Below are positions 27,722 to 38,044 of a stretch of 64,000 nt of DNA, one piece after another; positions within the stretch are counted from its first letter, which is position 1; each line of letters begins with the position of its first letter. Location of the stretch: the IMG/VR virus record IMGVR_UViG_3300042868_009074, positions 203,767-267,766 of that record; one strand, written 5' to 3'. The position numbers were made by a program, and so were the translations under genes. The notes beneath the pieces were generated by a model. It made no database searches. It was not told the DNA's origin and saw only the letters and a program-made list of their open reading frames with translations.

Positions 27722-29644
27722 ATGTCTAAAAATATAACCTATTCTATTGAGCAAACAGAGTCAACTATTGTAGCTCGCTCTACTGTAAAATCTTTTAACT
27801 TAGATCATGTGACAGATAAAGATATTACTTCTTATTATCGTCAGATTTCTAACCAGGCTTTATTTGACACCGGTCTTTTGCCCCTTAATGGAACTGGAAT
27901 TCTTTCTATCCGTTCTGCAGGACGGCATACTCAGATAGCTTTCCAGCATGCTCCAGCATTGGCTTACATTAACTGGGGTGCTAACGAAGGAGACCGAAAC
28001 GCTAAAGCCTATTTGCTTGCTCAGCCTTATCGTATTTGGGTAGCAGATCTTTTAGACGGCAATCTATACGGTGCTAGAATGTTCTATAGCCCTTATCCAA
28101 TCAGCCATCCTGATCAGCCTCTTTATCATATCAACCTTCCTAACACTAACTGCAAGGGTTATCGTGGTAATGGTGTAGGTTGGCAATGCTTGTATCACAA
28201 TGAAGACTGGACTAACATTTCTTTTAACGATAAAGTTAATAAGTTGATTCAACGTTGTTCAGGCATTGAAGCATACAACGATGCTAACATGTCAGAGACT
28301 GATGGTCCTAGGTTTTATCGTGAAAACAATAAACCAGAATACCTTTGGAACCCATCTGCTTGGCAAGAAAAATCTCAAGAAGAAGGATTAGACTGGACTC
28401 TTGATGAAGATATGTGGATTCCTATTCTTGTTAAAGATATGGATAACCAAGACAAGCACTACGATGATGGTCAACCATTAACATTTGCAATGGCTTTGTT
28501 AGGTAACTATAATTCTTACTACAATGATAACTATCACCCTAAGCTTATCAACGCTTTTGCTCGTACTGATATTGATATTCCTACAGACCAAGTATTTAAT
28601 GTCTTTGTACAAGCTCACAACTCTGCTAAAACTGAACCTCAAAAGCTAGATCAGTTTAATGCTGCTGCTTTAAGCAAGGTAAAGATTGCAGAAACTTTTG
28701 TACAACCTTCGCTATTCAATTCACCAGACGATGATAATGATAACACGTTTACTTGCCCAGGATGTGAAGAATCTTATTCTGAAGATAATGAAGAGTTCTT
28801 TGCTGATCCTAAAGGATCTAACTGGTGTCAAAGTTGCTTCCAAGAAAATTGGGTTTATTGTGAAAACGTAGATACTTATCTTCATGCAGAAGATGATGAT
28901 GCTGTTTACATGGAAGCTTATTCTTATTATGTAGATGCCAAGAAAGCAACTATAAAAGAATGTAACCATTGCGACATGTCTTATTGGATCACTAAAGATT
29001 CTACTGAATCATTTCCGTTCTATCAGTTTCAATCGCAAAAAGAAGACGTTGATTTAGTTGATTGTTGTCCATCATGTTTTAACGAACAAGCAGCTGAACA
29101 TCTTCCTGATCTTCTTCCTTCTGGATTAAACCCTTACAGTAAAAAGCCTGTTTACACTAAGAACCATGCTGTATGTTCTGGTTGTAATGTTGGTATATTT
29201 GTGGATGTTCCTGAGCTTGCTCACACTTATGTAAGCGTTCCTTCTTTGTTTCATCATAACGCTAACTTTTGGGAAGACATTGAAATTGATATTTCTACGT
29301 TTACTTTAGCCAGTCAAAAGTTTTGTTTACAATGTGCAAAGAAACAACACTATTGTCCTTCTGGACATTGGACTGACAAGAGTAATATTTCGATAATGCC
29401 TTTTGTCTCTACTCCTTTTGTTAATTCTAAAGGCGATGAAATAATTCTTAAAATAAAAGAAGTTTGTCAAGGATGTTTAAACTCTAAATATGATTTAGAT
29501 GATCCTGTTAAATCTTTGTTTACTCATACTCATTATTATTACAGAGCTTTGAGTTCAGTTTACTACGACCTTCATCCACAATATTCTACTACATTTGAAT
29601 TGTTCAATACTGACGGTTCAGATTACAGTCCAGAACCTTTTTAA
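27722..29644 (+). CDS. prokaryotic E2-like protein (family D/PRTRC-B-like) with Cys-rich C-terminus
   Basis: AQPYRIWV...RMFY......DQPLYHINLPN...GWQCLY; many CxxC pairs downstream; adjacent to JAB/E1/Ubl. Confidence 0.6.
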   Translation: MSKNITYSIEQTESTIVARSTVKSFNLDHVTDKDITSYYRQISNQALFDTGLLPLNGTGILSIRSAGRHTQIAFQHAPALAYINWGANEGDRNAKAYLLAQPYRIWVADLLDGNLYGARMFYSPYPISHPDQPLYHINLPNTNCKGYRGNGVGWQCLYHNEDWTNISFNDKVNKLIQRCSGIEAYNDANMSETDGPRFYRENNKPEYLWNPSAWQEKSQEEGLDWTLDEDMWIPILVKDMDNQDKHYDDGQPLTFAMALLGNYNSYYNDNYHPKLINAFARTDIDIPTDQVFNVFVQAHNSAKTEPQKLDQFNAAALSKVKIAETFVQPSLFNSPDDDNDNTFTCPGCEESYSEDNEEFFADPKGSNWCQSCFQENWVYCENVDTYLHAEDDDAVYMEAYSYYVDAKKATIKECNHCDMSYWITKDSTESFPFYQFQSQKEDVDLVDCCPSCFNEQAAEHLPDLLPSGLNPYSKKPVYTKNHAVCSGCNVGIFVDVPELAHTYVSVPSLFHHNANFWEDIEIDISTFTLASQKFCLQCAKKQHYCPSGHWTDKSNISIMPFVSTPFVNSKGDEIILKIKEVCQGCLNSKYDLDDPVKSLFTHTHYYYRALSSVYYDLHPQYSTTFELFNTDGSDYSPEPF

Positions 29645-29684
29645 AATTTAAAACTACAACTACAAATATACTATTGGAGAAATT

Positions 29685-31385
29685 ATGTCTAATAAAATTA
29701 AAGAACCAGTTACTCTAGATGATCTAGACTACTTCTGGATGACTAACGGAGCACCATGTTTTATGGCTGACCGTGAAGACATCTGTGAAGTAGTTGAGTC
29801 TCTAGGTTTTCAGATCTATTACTTAATCGCTGATCTTGCAATTAATAAAGAAGTTAAAGGCAAAGATAAACAATTTAAAGAAATTACGTGGATTGAGACT
29901 ACTCATAAAGCCCGAGTTCTTAAAGTTGTTAATAACATTATTGGTCGTTCTGTTTCAGAAACAGATGATGAATTTGGACAAGACATTCTTTCTTCAGTAG
30001 AAGAATCTGCAACATACAACATGCCAAAGATTCCTAAAGTTATTGTTAAAAAGTTAGACGAGTTCTTTAGATTAGTGCACGCTCAGCACGGCACCGAGTC
30101 TATAGTCATCTTAACTTTTGATCCTAATGTAAACACATCTGATGGTTGGGGTGTCTTGGTTCCTGAACAGACTAATACTCCAGCACACTGCAAGTATGAC
30201 GCTGAGTCCATTGTTGATCTTAAACCTGACCATGTAATCATTGTTGGCTCAGTCCACAGTCATCCTGAGATGGCAGCATACGCCTCTGGGACCGATCATG
30301 AGGACCAAGCAGACTTCGATGGGGTCCACATCACCTACGGCTGGATGAAGACCAAGAACGGTGGAGCTACTGAGTATCATGCAGAGATGCAAATGAACGG
30401 TACTGCTTATCTTTTGAATATTGAAGATGTCTTTGAAGACACTACTGAAATTAAAGATCCAGATCCTCAAGTTGTTGAATGGTCCGGCAAAGTAAAAAAA
30501 GTATCCCCCCCGCCGTACAAAGCGGGGGTTACACCACAGGCTACCCAAGCCCTGCCAACTGGTCAGGCTCAGGGTCTAGTGTCGGGACATACGGGCACTA
30601 CTGGGATTAACTATTACGGTGGACGTTCTGTTCCATCTCGTAAGCAAACAATCCCTTTTCAAATGGATGAATACGATGGTCAACTCGTTGCCGAGATTGA
30701 CACTTCTTCAAATGTTTCAATGACCTGTCCTTCTTGTGAACTATATCTATTTAAAGCAGACGTTGAAGGACATGGCTTTTGTCCAGCTTGTGACATCCCA
30801 TTAGCTCCTAAAAATGCTTCTCTTAAATCTATTGAATTTGCAGTTAATTATCATCTTGTCAATCGTTCTAAAGAAACAGGATGTGCCTATTACCTTTGGT
30901 GTAAAGACGATAAGAATGAAAACTTTCTTATTCAAATTAAACCAGATGAATTAGATAGTCGTGACATTTCAATCGGTTCTAGAATAGATGAATTCGAAGA
31001 GTATGGTGATGCTGATCAAGCTGGCTTATCTCTTCTTAAAGAATCAGATGGCTTGTTCTTTTATGCAGAAGACGTAACATTATGTTGTGCGTGTCCTGCT
31101 GACAGAGCATGGACTGAATGCAAGTGTGCACCTACGGTTTACTGGGAAGACATTGAAAGATTTGAAATAGCAGCAAACAATACAGAAAAATATGTTGCTG
31201 ATTCAATTTGTCAAACATGTGCTTTCTATTGTCTTCCTGAATGTGATTCTTATAGAAACAACATTATTGAATTTATTTCTACACAACAGTTGCCATCCAA
31301 AGCAATAGATGGCTGTGATTCTTGGGTTGATTTTTCCAAGGTTGCTAACGATATAGATAGCGGTATTTATGACACATACAGATAA
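29685..31385 (+). CDS. JAB/MPN+ metalloprotease (deubiquitinase-like) with Cys-rich extension
   Basis: HGTES...VGSVHSHP...AYASGTD = E...HxH...S..D JAMM motif. Confidence 0.85.
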   Translation: MSNKIKEPVTLDDLDYFWMTNGAPCFMADREDICEVVESLGFQIYYLIADLAINKEVKGKDKQFKEITWIETTHKARVLKVVNNIIGRSVSETDDEFGQDILSSVEESATYNMPKIPKVIVKKLDEFFRLVHAQHGTESIVILTFDPNVNTSDGWGVLVPEQTNTPAHCKYDAESIVDLKPDHVIIVGSVHSHPEMAAYASGTDHEDQADFDGVHITYGWMKTKNGGATEYHAEMQMNGTAYLLNIEDVFEDTTEIKDPDPQVVEWSGKVKKVSPPPYKAGVTPQATQALPTGQAQGLVSGHTGTTGINYYGGRSVPSRKQTIPFQMDEYDGQLVAEIDTSSNVSMTCPSCELYLFKADVEGHGFCPACDIPLAPKNASLKSIEFAVNYHLVNRSKETGCAYYLWCKDDKNENFLIQIKPDELDSRDISIGSRIDEFEEYGDADQAGLSLLKESDGLFFYAEDVTLCCACPADRAWTECKCAPTVYWEDIERFEIAANNTEKYVADSICQTCAFYCLPECDSYRNNIIEFISTQQLPSKAIDGCDSWVDFSKVANDIDSGIYDTYR

Positions 31386-32133
31386 TTCTCCTAGAAGAGT
31401 AGTTCTTGTTGGTGCCGGTGGCATTGGCACTTGGCTTGCTGAAGGCGTAGCTCGAATGCTAGAGTGGAAATTTCCTGGCTCTGCATTGATTCTTGTTGAC
31501 GGTGATAACTATGAACAAAAGAATTTAGAACGTCAGAACTTTAAACAGATGGGCAACAAGGCTTCAGTTAAAGCTTTGGAACTTACTCCTTCATTTCCAA
31601 ACACAATGTTTATTCCAGTCCCTAAATGGGTTGTTGATGATAACTTTGCTGGAGTAACAGATGAAGAATCTCCAAAGATTAAAGCTTCTGAGCTAATCAC
31701 TGAAGGAGATATTGTTCTTGCAGTAGTAGATAACTTTGCTGCACGCAAAATCTTGTTCGATGCGGCATCTAAACTTGATAATGTTGACGTCTTTACTGGT
31801 GGCAATGATGATGACCTTTTTGGTTCTATCTATCATTATCAACGCAGAGATGCTAAAGATGTTACTGAGCATCCAGTAACCTTTCATCCAGAGTATGAGA
31901 GTCCACCAGATAAAAACCCCGGTGAGATGTCTTGTCAAGAACGAGCAGAAGTAAATGGTGGAACCCAGTTACTTGCAACTAACATGGCAGTTGCAGCTTT
32001 TATTCTTGGTCGTATTCACAAAACAATTGTGAACAACCAAAACCCCGAAGAGTCTGAGATTTACTTTGATCTCGGCGTCGGTAAATCAGAACCATATAAC
32101 CGTATGGTTCAATTAGTACCACTACCAGTATAA
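31369..32133 (+). CDS. ThiF/E1-like activating enzyme
   Basis: VGAGGIG, DGD.YE.KNL.RQ, VDN..AR, GGN, candidate catalytic Cys in MSCQE. Confidence 0.9.
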   Translation: MTHTDNSPRRVVLVGAGGIGTWLAEGVARMLEWKFPGSALILVDGDNYEQKNLERQNFKQMGNKASVKALELTPSFPNTMFIPVPKWVVDDNFAGVTDEESPKIKASELITEGDIVLAVVDNFAARKILFDAASKLDNVDVFTGGNDDDLFGSIYHYQRRDAKDVTEHPVTFHPEYESPPDKNPGEMSCQERAEVNGGTQLLATNMAVAAFILGRIHKTIVNNQNPEESEIYFDLGVGKSEPYNRMVQLVPLPV

Positions 32134-32150
32134 TAGGAGAATCTATTACT

Positions 32151-32402
32151 ATGAATAATCAATCATCATCAGCTTCGGCTGCGTCTTCTTCTGGCGTAGC
32201 TAACGTCAGATTTGGCGTTTACAGTCAGCCAACACCAGTTGCTGGCAAAAGCGTTAAAGAAGTTCGCGAGCAATTCAGCAAGTTGTGGGGAATCCCCAAC
32301 GACGCAATTGCTTACAAGGGCAAGGATAAGCTTGACGAAGACTATGTCGTTCAGCCAAGTGACAACCTTGAGTTCCATCGCCGTGCCGGCGAAAAGGGCT
32401 AA
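32151..32402 (+). CDS. ubiquitin-like (beta-grasp) protein
   Basis: 83 aa, beta-grasp-like pattern, C-terminus LEFHRRAGEKG, directly after E1. Confidence 0.75.
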   Translation: MNNQSSSASAASSSGVANVRFGVYSQPTPVAGKSVKEVREQFSKLWGIPNDAIAYKGKDKLDEDYVVQPSDNLEFHRRAGEKG

Positions 32403-32518
32403 CTAACCCTTGCAAAGATCGTGGGGGAGGATGTACTAAACTTCTTACTTGATGTAGTACAGCTTCCCCCACTCTTACATTTTTTACAAAGGCCCCCACT
32501 TATTTTAAAGGTATCCTA

Positions 32519-34141
32519 ATGCTATTCTCCCAAATTAAACTTGGAGTTCCTTCTATTTGGCTTAAGACTACTGATTATGCTAGAACCACAGAGTCTCTTA
32601 TCAAGTTTAATCAACGCTCTTTCTACACTATAGATCCCCTTAAAGGTTATGCTAAGTTCATAGACAATGAATGGAAGAGCATACTAGTCCAAATGCCTGA
32701 TCCTCAAAACCCAGAGGAACTTCGTGAGACTACAACTTTTGATTTTACTGTAGCTTACACTCATCTTCTTGACCAGTTAAACACTAACAAAGAATCTGCT
32801 ACATTTTTATATTCTGTTTACACTAAACCAGAAGCAATGATGGAAATGTTTTCTGGATTGATCTCCATGAACAACACTCAATATCGTTCTGCTTTTTGGT
32901 CTGATGATCTTGAACAAATGCCTCTTCAGTTGGTGTTTATGTCTTGGTTTGATTGTCCAGAAGATTTTAAAAACATGTTTTATCTTTCTGATTTTGAAGA
33001 ACCAAACCTTGAAGAACTCGCAACTATTATTAATCACATAGATGATTCTTCTGGTAACACTCTTGTTGATCAGGGATCTCTTCCTGCAATTGCTAAAGCC
33101 GCAATTGGTTTGACAGAATCTGATTTCATTAATGTTTGTCTTAATTCTGTTCTTGAAAATGGAAAGATTGATCCAGATTATATTTATAATTTTAAGATGG
33201 CCGACATTAAAAAGAATGGCATTCTTGAAATCATTCGTCCTAAGACTACCTTTGATAATATTGGTGGTCTTGATAACATTAAAGAACTTATTACTCGCAA
33301 CGCTGTTCTTTGGCATAATCCAGAAAAAGCTGCTGAGTTTGGGATTAGTCCTATCCGTCGTATTCTTATGGTTGGCGTTCCCGGTACTGGTAAATCAGCT
33401 ATTTGTGAAGCAACTGCTAATGCACTAGGGCTTGATCTTGCTCGTACTGGTGTTAGCCAAGTTATGAATTCTTACATTGGTCAATCAGAGCAAAACATGC
33501 GTACTGTCTTTAAACAGATTAGTGTTATGGCTCCGTTGTGCGTTTGGATTGATGAGTTTGGTCGAGACATGTCTGGTGGTCAAAGCTCTGGACAAGTCGA
33601 CGGCGGTACTACTGACCGTGTTCATGGTGAGTTCCTTACTGGTTTACAAGAGCTTCCTGATAACGTCTTCTTGATGTGTGCTGCCAATCAGCTTGATCAT
33701 CTTAAACCAGAAATGCTACGAGCTGATCGTTTTGACAAGATCATGTTTGTTGGTCTTCCTTCTTTTAATGAGCGTATGTCCATCCTTGATATTTATCTTC
33801 AAGGAATTAAAACAGATCACGTTTTTGATCTTGAAGAGCTAGCTCATGCTACTCAATACTTTACTGGTGCAGAGATGAAGTCTTTGATTAAAGAAGTTAA
33901 GTTTAACGTTTCTTCTGCCGAACTTCGTCCAATCAATACCCGTGATATTCTGGCTTATGCTCCGAAGCAGAGAAATATTCTTTGGAATAAGAGTCGTCAA
34001 ATGATTCAAGATCTCTACGTCACTGCTATAGAGCAATGGGACTGGGCCTCGACAGATCAATTTAATGATGCTAAACTAATAGTTAGCGGTGAATCTAAAA
34101 CAACAAATGCACCTGCAAAAGCCAGTGGCTTTAAATGGTAA
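32519..34141 (+). CDS. AAA+ ATPase (Ycf46/Cdc48-like)
   Basis: GVPGTGKS, VWIDE, AAN...L.PE.LR..RFD. Confidence 0.92.
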   Translation: MLFSQIKLGVPSIWLKTTDYARTTESLIKFNQRSFYTIDPLKGYAKFIDNEWKSILVQMPDPQNPEELRETTTFDFTVAYTHLLDQLNTNKESATFLYSVYTKPEAMMEMFSGLISMNNTQYRSAFWSDDLEQMPLQLVFMSWFDCPEDFKNMFYLSDFEEPNLEELATIINHIDDSSGNTLVDQGSLPAIAKAAIGLTESDFINVCLNSVLENGKIDPDYIYNFKMADIKKNGILEIIRPKTTFDNIGGLDNIKELITRNAVLWHNPEKAAEFGISPIRRILMVGVPGTGKSAICEATANALGLDLARTGVSQVMNSYIGQSEQNMRTVFKQISVMAPLCVWIDEFGRDMSGGQSSGQVDGGTTDRVHGEFLTGLQELPDNVFLMCAANQLDHLKPEMLRADRFDKIMFVGLPSFNERMSILDIYLQGIKTDHVFDLEELAHATQYFTGAEMKSLIKEVKFNVSSAELRPINTRDILAYAPKQRNILWNKSRQMIQDLYVTAIEQWDWASTDQFNDAKLIVSGESKTTNAPAKASGFKW

Positions 34142-34161
34142 CAACAATATAAAGGATAAAT

Positions 34162-34788
34162 ATGTCTGAAGAATTTTCTTATCACGATGATTCATACAAC
34201 CCTGAAGCTGCAATTGATGCATCTACTGGTGAAGTTCAAAAAACTTATGATAAAGATCTATACAAGAAATGGTTTCGTTCTAAAACTCAGAGTGGATTTC
34301 TTTCAATCCGTCCTTGGTTTCAGGGTCTAAAGCTTCGTATTGATATTGGTAAGACTTCTTCAGACGGCAAGCTTATGAGCAGCACTAATGTGTTTGTTGA
34401 TGTAGTAGACTTTGGTGCCTATCTCAAGGCTATTACTACAGGCACTGCAGCTCTTGGCTATCCAGCCAATGAAAGAACTGGTGTACCTAGTGCTGAAGGA
34501 TTTGTTTCTTATGGTGGTGCTAAAATAAATGGCAAACCAGTAAGTAGAATATTTAAATCTCATTATTGGCAAAATGGAGATGTCTTTGATTCTAACAACT
34601 TTGTATTTAAGACTGGTCACTTTGAAGCTCGTATGGCTGAGTCCGGAGCTTTCATTCCAGATATGAAGAATATTATTTCTTTTGATTCAATTAAAGTAAC
34701 TCGTCAAGATATCCACTCTATTTCTTATATGGTTGATCTGGCTATGGCTTCTCATGTAGCTAATAAATCAGATTGGTATGAGGTCTGA
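34162..34788 (+). CDS. hypothetical protein
   Basis: AAGGA RBS, 208 aa. Confidence 0.8.
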   Translation: MSEEFSYHDDSYNPEAAIDASTGEVQKTYDKDLYKKWFRSKTQSGFLSIRPWFQGLKLRIDIGKTSSDGKLMSSTNVFVDVVDFGAYLKAITTGTAALGYPANERTGVPSAEGFVSYGGAKINGKPVSRIFKSHYWQNGDVFDSNNFVFKTGHFEARMAESGAFIPDMKNIISFDSIKVTRQDIHSISYMVDLAMASHVANKSDWYEV

Positions 34789-35188
34789 TATGGAAAATAT
34801 AGAAGAAGAATTTCTTGAACTTCCTCCTTTGACTGAGATAGAAGAACTTAAAAGACTTCTTAACGAATTAGTTATAGGACTTGCTGCTAAGTTTGATGAG
34901 AAAATAAATCAGATTGAAAAGACCATGGAAGATTATGAGAAGCAGTCTGCTACTCTTATAGTTGGTTTTGGTGAACAAGCAGTATTCCTTGAGGCCTTAA
35001 TGGGTCAACTCCAGTTTGCTACATCTGAAGCACAAAAAGATTTTCACGATACTCTTAACAACAGTAGAAAACAAATGTTGAACATTATGAAAGATGGTGC
35101 TCGTGATCTCGTGGCCGATGAAAATGAAGGACTTGCCTCAGCCATTGAAGACGTGGTTGACTCAAAGTCAACTGACACCCCCAATTAA
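34778..35188 (+). CDS. hypothetical coiled-coil protein
   Basis: Heptad-rich ORF. Confidence 0.7.
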   Translation: MRSDMENIEEEFLELPPLTEIEELKRLLNELVIGLAAKFDEKINQIEKTMEDYEKQSATLIVGFGEQAVFLEALMGQLQFATSEAQKDFHDTLNNSRKQMLNIMKDGARDLVADENEGLASAIEDVVDSKSTDTPN

Positions 35189-35381
35189 TTCTGCTTGTGT
35201 TCTGTTGGTAGATAAAGAATCTTATCCATTCATTAATACACTACCATCTTTAAATAAGATTTATCCTTTTGTTAAATCTTTGCATCCTGACATGCTTTCC
35301 CTGCATGTTATATCTTCGTCCGTTTCTTTCTTCATTAAAAATAATGTCTTAGAACTACACACAGTAGAGGTAATAAAATGA
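35094..35381 (+). CDS. hypothetical protein (true start probably downstream)
   Basis: ORF track; fills the gap in the operon. Confidence 0.5.
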   Translation: MVLVISWPMKMKDLPQPLKTWLTQSQLTPPINSACVLLVDKESYPFINTLPSLNKIYPFVKSLHPDMLSLHVISSSVSFFIKNNVLELHTVEVIK

Positions 35382-35998
35382 TTACAGTCATTGATACTTT
35401 AGAACAGTTTAATGATCGTTTTATTAATTTTAACGATTCTCAAAGAACTGATTTCTTTCTTCCTTTAGACTCAATGGTTAATGATGCCCTTGTCAATAAC
35501 CGGATTGAAGAACTTAGAATAATATTAGAAGATAATGATAATTCTTATTCTTATTATGAGGATTTGTATAACTTAAATTACAGTCCTTTAACAGAACACC
35601 AGTACATATCTAATTATTCTTTACTCTATCCTTATTCTAAAAATAATTTTATTAAACAGTTCTTTAATGATATGCTTCCTAGCTTATCTAATCATGTTTT
35701 ATCTTACATGAAAACAACTTCTAGAATTGTCCAGATTGGTGCTGGAAAAGGCAAAGGCCTTATGCTTAATCCTGTTTCTTTCACCGAAGACGATCTTCAG
35801 TTTTTAAAACCATTACAATATCAGCATGTTATTGAAGCTATGGTTAACGTCACAGCTTTAGTTAATAACCAACAAGCAGATATTAAATTCCTTCTTGACC
35901 AAAATCAAGAACTACAAACTACTAATACTATTTTATCCCTTGAACACCAAGCAATGAATAACGCTCGAGTTCAGGATTATCTAACTACTTGGAGATAA
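35378..35998 (+). CDS. hypothetical protein
   Basis: 206-aa ORF. Confidence 0.75.
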   Translation: MITVIDTLEQFNDRFINFNDSQRTDFFLPLDSMVNDALVNNRIEELRIILEDNDNSYSYYEDLYNLNYSPLTEHQYISNYSLLYPYSKNNFIKQFFNDMLPSLSNHVLSYMKTTSRIVQIGAGKGKGLMLNPVSFTEDDLQFLKPLQYQHVIEAMVNVTALVNNQQADIKFLLDQNQELQTTNTILSLEHQAMNNARVQDYLTTWR

Positions 35999-36903
35999 CT
36001 ACTATGTCTAATTTCATTGTTCAAGATGAAAAAACTATTCTCTATCCTACTCAACCTTGGGATGGCTCAATAGAAAACTGCATTATTCTTATTGAAGACA
36101 AAGATATGATTCCTGGCACTGTGCGCTGGGATACTACAGCTACTGGGTTTATGTTTTATAATCTTCCAGAATATTCTACAATTTCTTCTATTAGCGATAG
36201 CCTTCTTCAAGTATACAATAAGTTTGTAATTCCTGGAAAATTTGCCAATGTCCCTTCTCCCAATGACAGCATTCCTAACTGGGCAACTTTTAACCCTGAA
36301 GACAAATCTTTCTATTTAAGATTTGATTTAGTTTTTAATATTAGAACAGACTATTCTTCTGTTTCTACTTGTAAGTTTTACACTAACCCTCATAGCAGCT
36401 TTTCTTCAGATGAATACCAGTATGCTAATAAATCAAAAGGCGACATTTGCTCTGAGCCAGTACTAAATGCCAAGTCTAGCGGCGTTGCTTATTGCCCTTA
36501 TTACCAAAACTTGTTCGCTGATATGCCAGCACATTCTTGCCAAGGTTACTCTGCTGACAGTAAGATTCTTTCTTTGACAAATCTTTCTTCTAGGCATTCT
36601 GAAAATAAAATTAATATTACTGTTACTCAATCCAGAATGGATGCAGGTAAAACGGTCAATATTTTATTTAAAGATCAAATAAATAACACTGTATTTCATG
36701 ACATTAAATTTAGTTCTTTAGATAAAGACCAATTAGATTCCATACCTACTATGGTTCAATCTATCCTTGATGAAATATTAGAATCATATAAAAACGATTT
36801 TAATATTGATACACAAGATGTTATTTCGCAAGTAGTTAAAATAGAAAGAAAAAGTTTCATATCTTCTCTTATAGAAAGAGAGAATCAAGATGTCTACATT
36901 TAA
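35989..36903 (+). CDS. hypothetical protein with Cys cluster
   Basis: 304-aa ORF. Confidence 0.75.
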   Translation: MEITTMSNFIVQDEKTILYPTQPWDGSIENCIILIEDKDMIPGTVRWDTTATGFMFYNLPEYSTISSISDSLLQVYNKFVIPGKFANVPSPNDSIPNWATFNPEDKSFYLRFDLVFNIRTDYSSVSTCKFYTNPHSSFSSDEYQYANKSKGDICSEPVLNAKSSGVAYCPYYQNLFADMPAHSCQGYSADSKILSLTNLSSRHSENKINITVTQSRMDAGKTVNILFKDQINNTVFHDIKFSSLDKDQLDSIPTMVQSILDEILESYKNDFNIDTQDVISQVVKIERKSFISSLIERENQDVYI

Positions 36904-38044
36904 TATCTATAAACAATATGATGATAACCTTTATTATCTATCTTTGATTTCTGATCGTTTTCAAAGACAAAATTCTGAATACTACAGATTCTCATCTCAT
37001 CTTGGAATTATTTCTTTAGATCAAGTTCAAGAAAATATTAATTCGTTTCCAAAGAACCGGTTAATAGATTCTCTTAGCGGTCCTTATCCAATAGCTGTTC
37101 GTTATATGGATAAAGGAGTATTCCTTGTTGAAAGGCCTCCTTTCCAAATGAAGATTGACTACTCACCTACTAAGAGCAATCGTGTTCGCCGTCCAATTAA
37201 ACCAGTTACAGTCTGGGTCCCCTGGACTGTTTCTGTTTATAATTTATCTGCAGATGTAAACACAATGATCAACTCTTACAAGATATATTTTAACGACTCT
37301 TCTATATCTTCATTAGAAGATCGTTTAGTTACTAACTATTTTTGTAATGTTTATGGTGATGGCAAAATTTGTTTAGGCCGTTCTGCTCAAGGTATCCAAG
37401 ATAAATTACAAAATAATCAGATTACAGACTTTGCTACTTTACATTCTTATATGTTTAATGAATACTTTTCTGGTGGATGGAATACTGACTTAGGTTCTAA
37501 TTTGTATTCTTTAATGAGAAGTATAGATTCTTCTTACATGATCAAAGATTACATTAATCTTTCTGATTCCTCAATCGATGCAAGAGCTAAAAAATTAAAG
37601 TTGAAGTTCTTTAAATCTCATCATCCTGCTTATGAGATAGCTAACTCTTTTTATAATCTTTCTCTTTTATCTCTTGAAGAAACTTTGAACATGGTTACTG
37701 AAGTAAAACAAAAGCATTTTCATCAAGTTAAACCAATTAGTTCTATTGCAGCTACTGACGTAGATAGTTCTGTAGATCATTATGTTGATCCAATAAATTT
37801 TACAGATAATTATTCTAACAATTATTGTGTTGTAAAACTTGTTTTAGATAACAGTCTTAACGCTACTAATCTTAATAGCCGTGATATCCCTTCTGAAATA
37901 TTGCAGTTCTTTAAAGAAAACTCCTACGATATTATGGATCAAGTTTACGAAAGCTATAATTCTAGAAACTCAATGTCTATTGAATTAAATTATCAAATTC
38001 CTCTTATTTCTCCTTCTACAATTGAGGAGCAGGTGAATGTATAA
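36890..38044 (+). CDS. second prokaryotic E2-like protein
   Basis: VERPP...VPWTV...KIYF...NYFCNVYGDGKICLG. Confidence 0.6.
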   Translation: MSTFNIYKQYDDNLYYLSLISDRFQRQNSEYYRFSSHLGIISLDQVQENINSFPKNRLIDSLSGPYPIAVRYMDKGVFLVERPPFQMKIDYSPTKSNRVRRPIKPVTVWVPWTVSVYNLSADVNTMINSYKIYFNDSSISSLEDRLVTNYFCNVYGDGKICLGRSAQGIQDKLQNNQITDFATLHSYMFNEYFSGGWNTDLGSNLYSLMRSIDSSYMIKDYINLSDSSIDARAKKLKLKFFKSHHPAYEIANSFYNLSLLSLEETLNMVTEVKQKHFHQVKPISSIAATDVDSSVDHYVDPINFTDNYSNNYCVVKLVLDNSLNATNLNSRDIPSEILQFFKENSYDIMDQVYESYNSRNSMSIELNYQIPLISPSTIEEQVNV

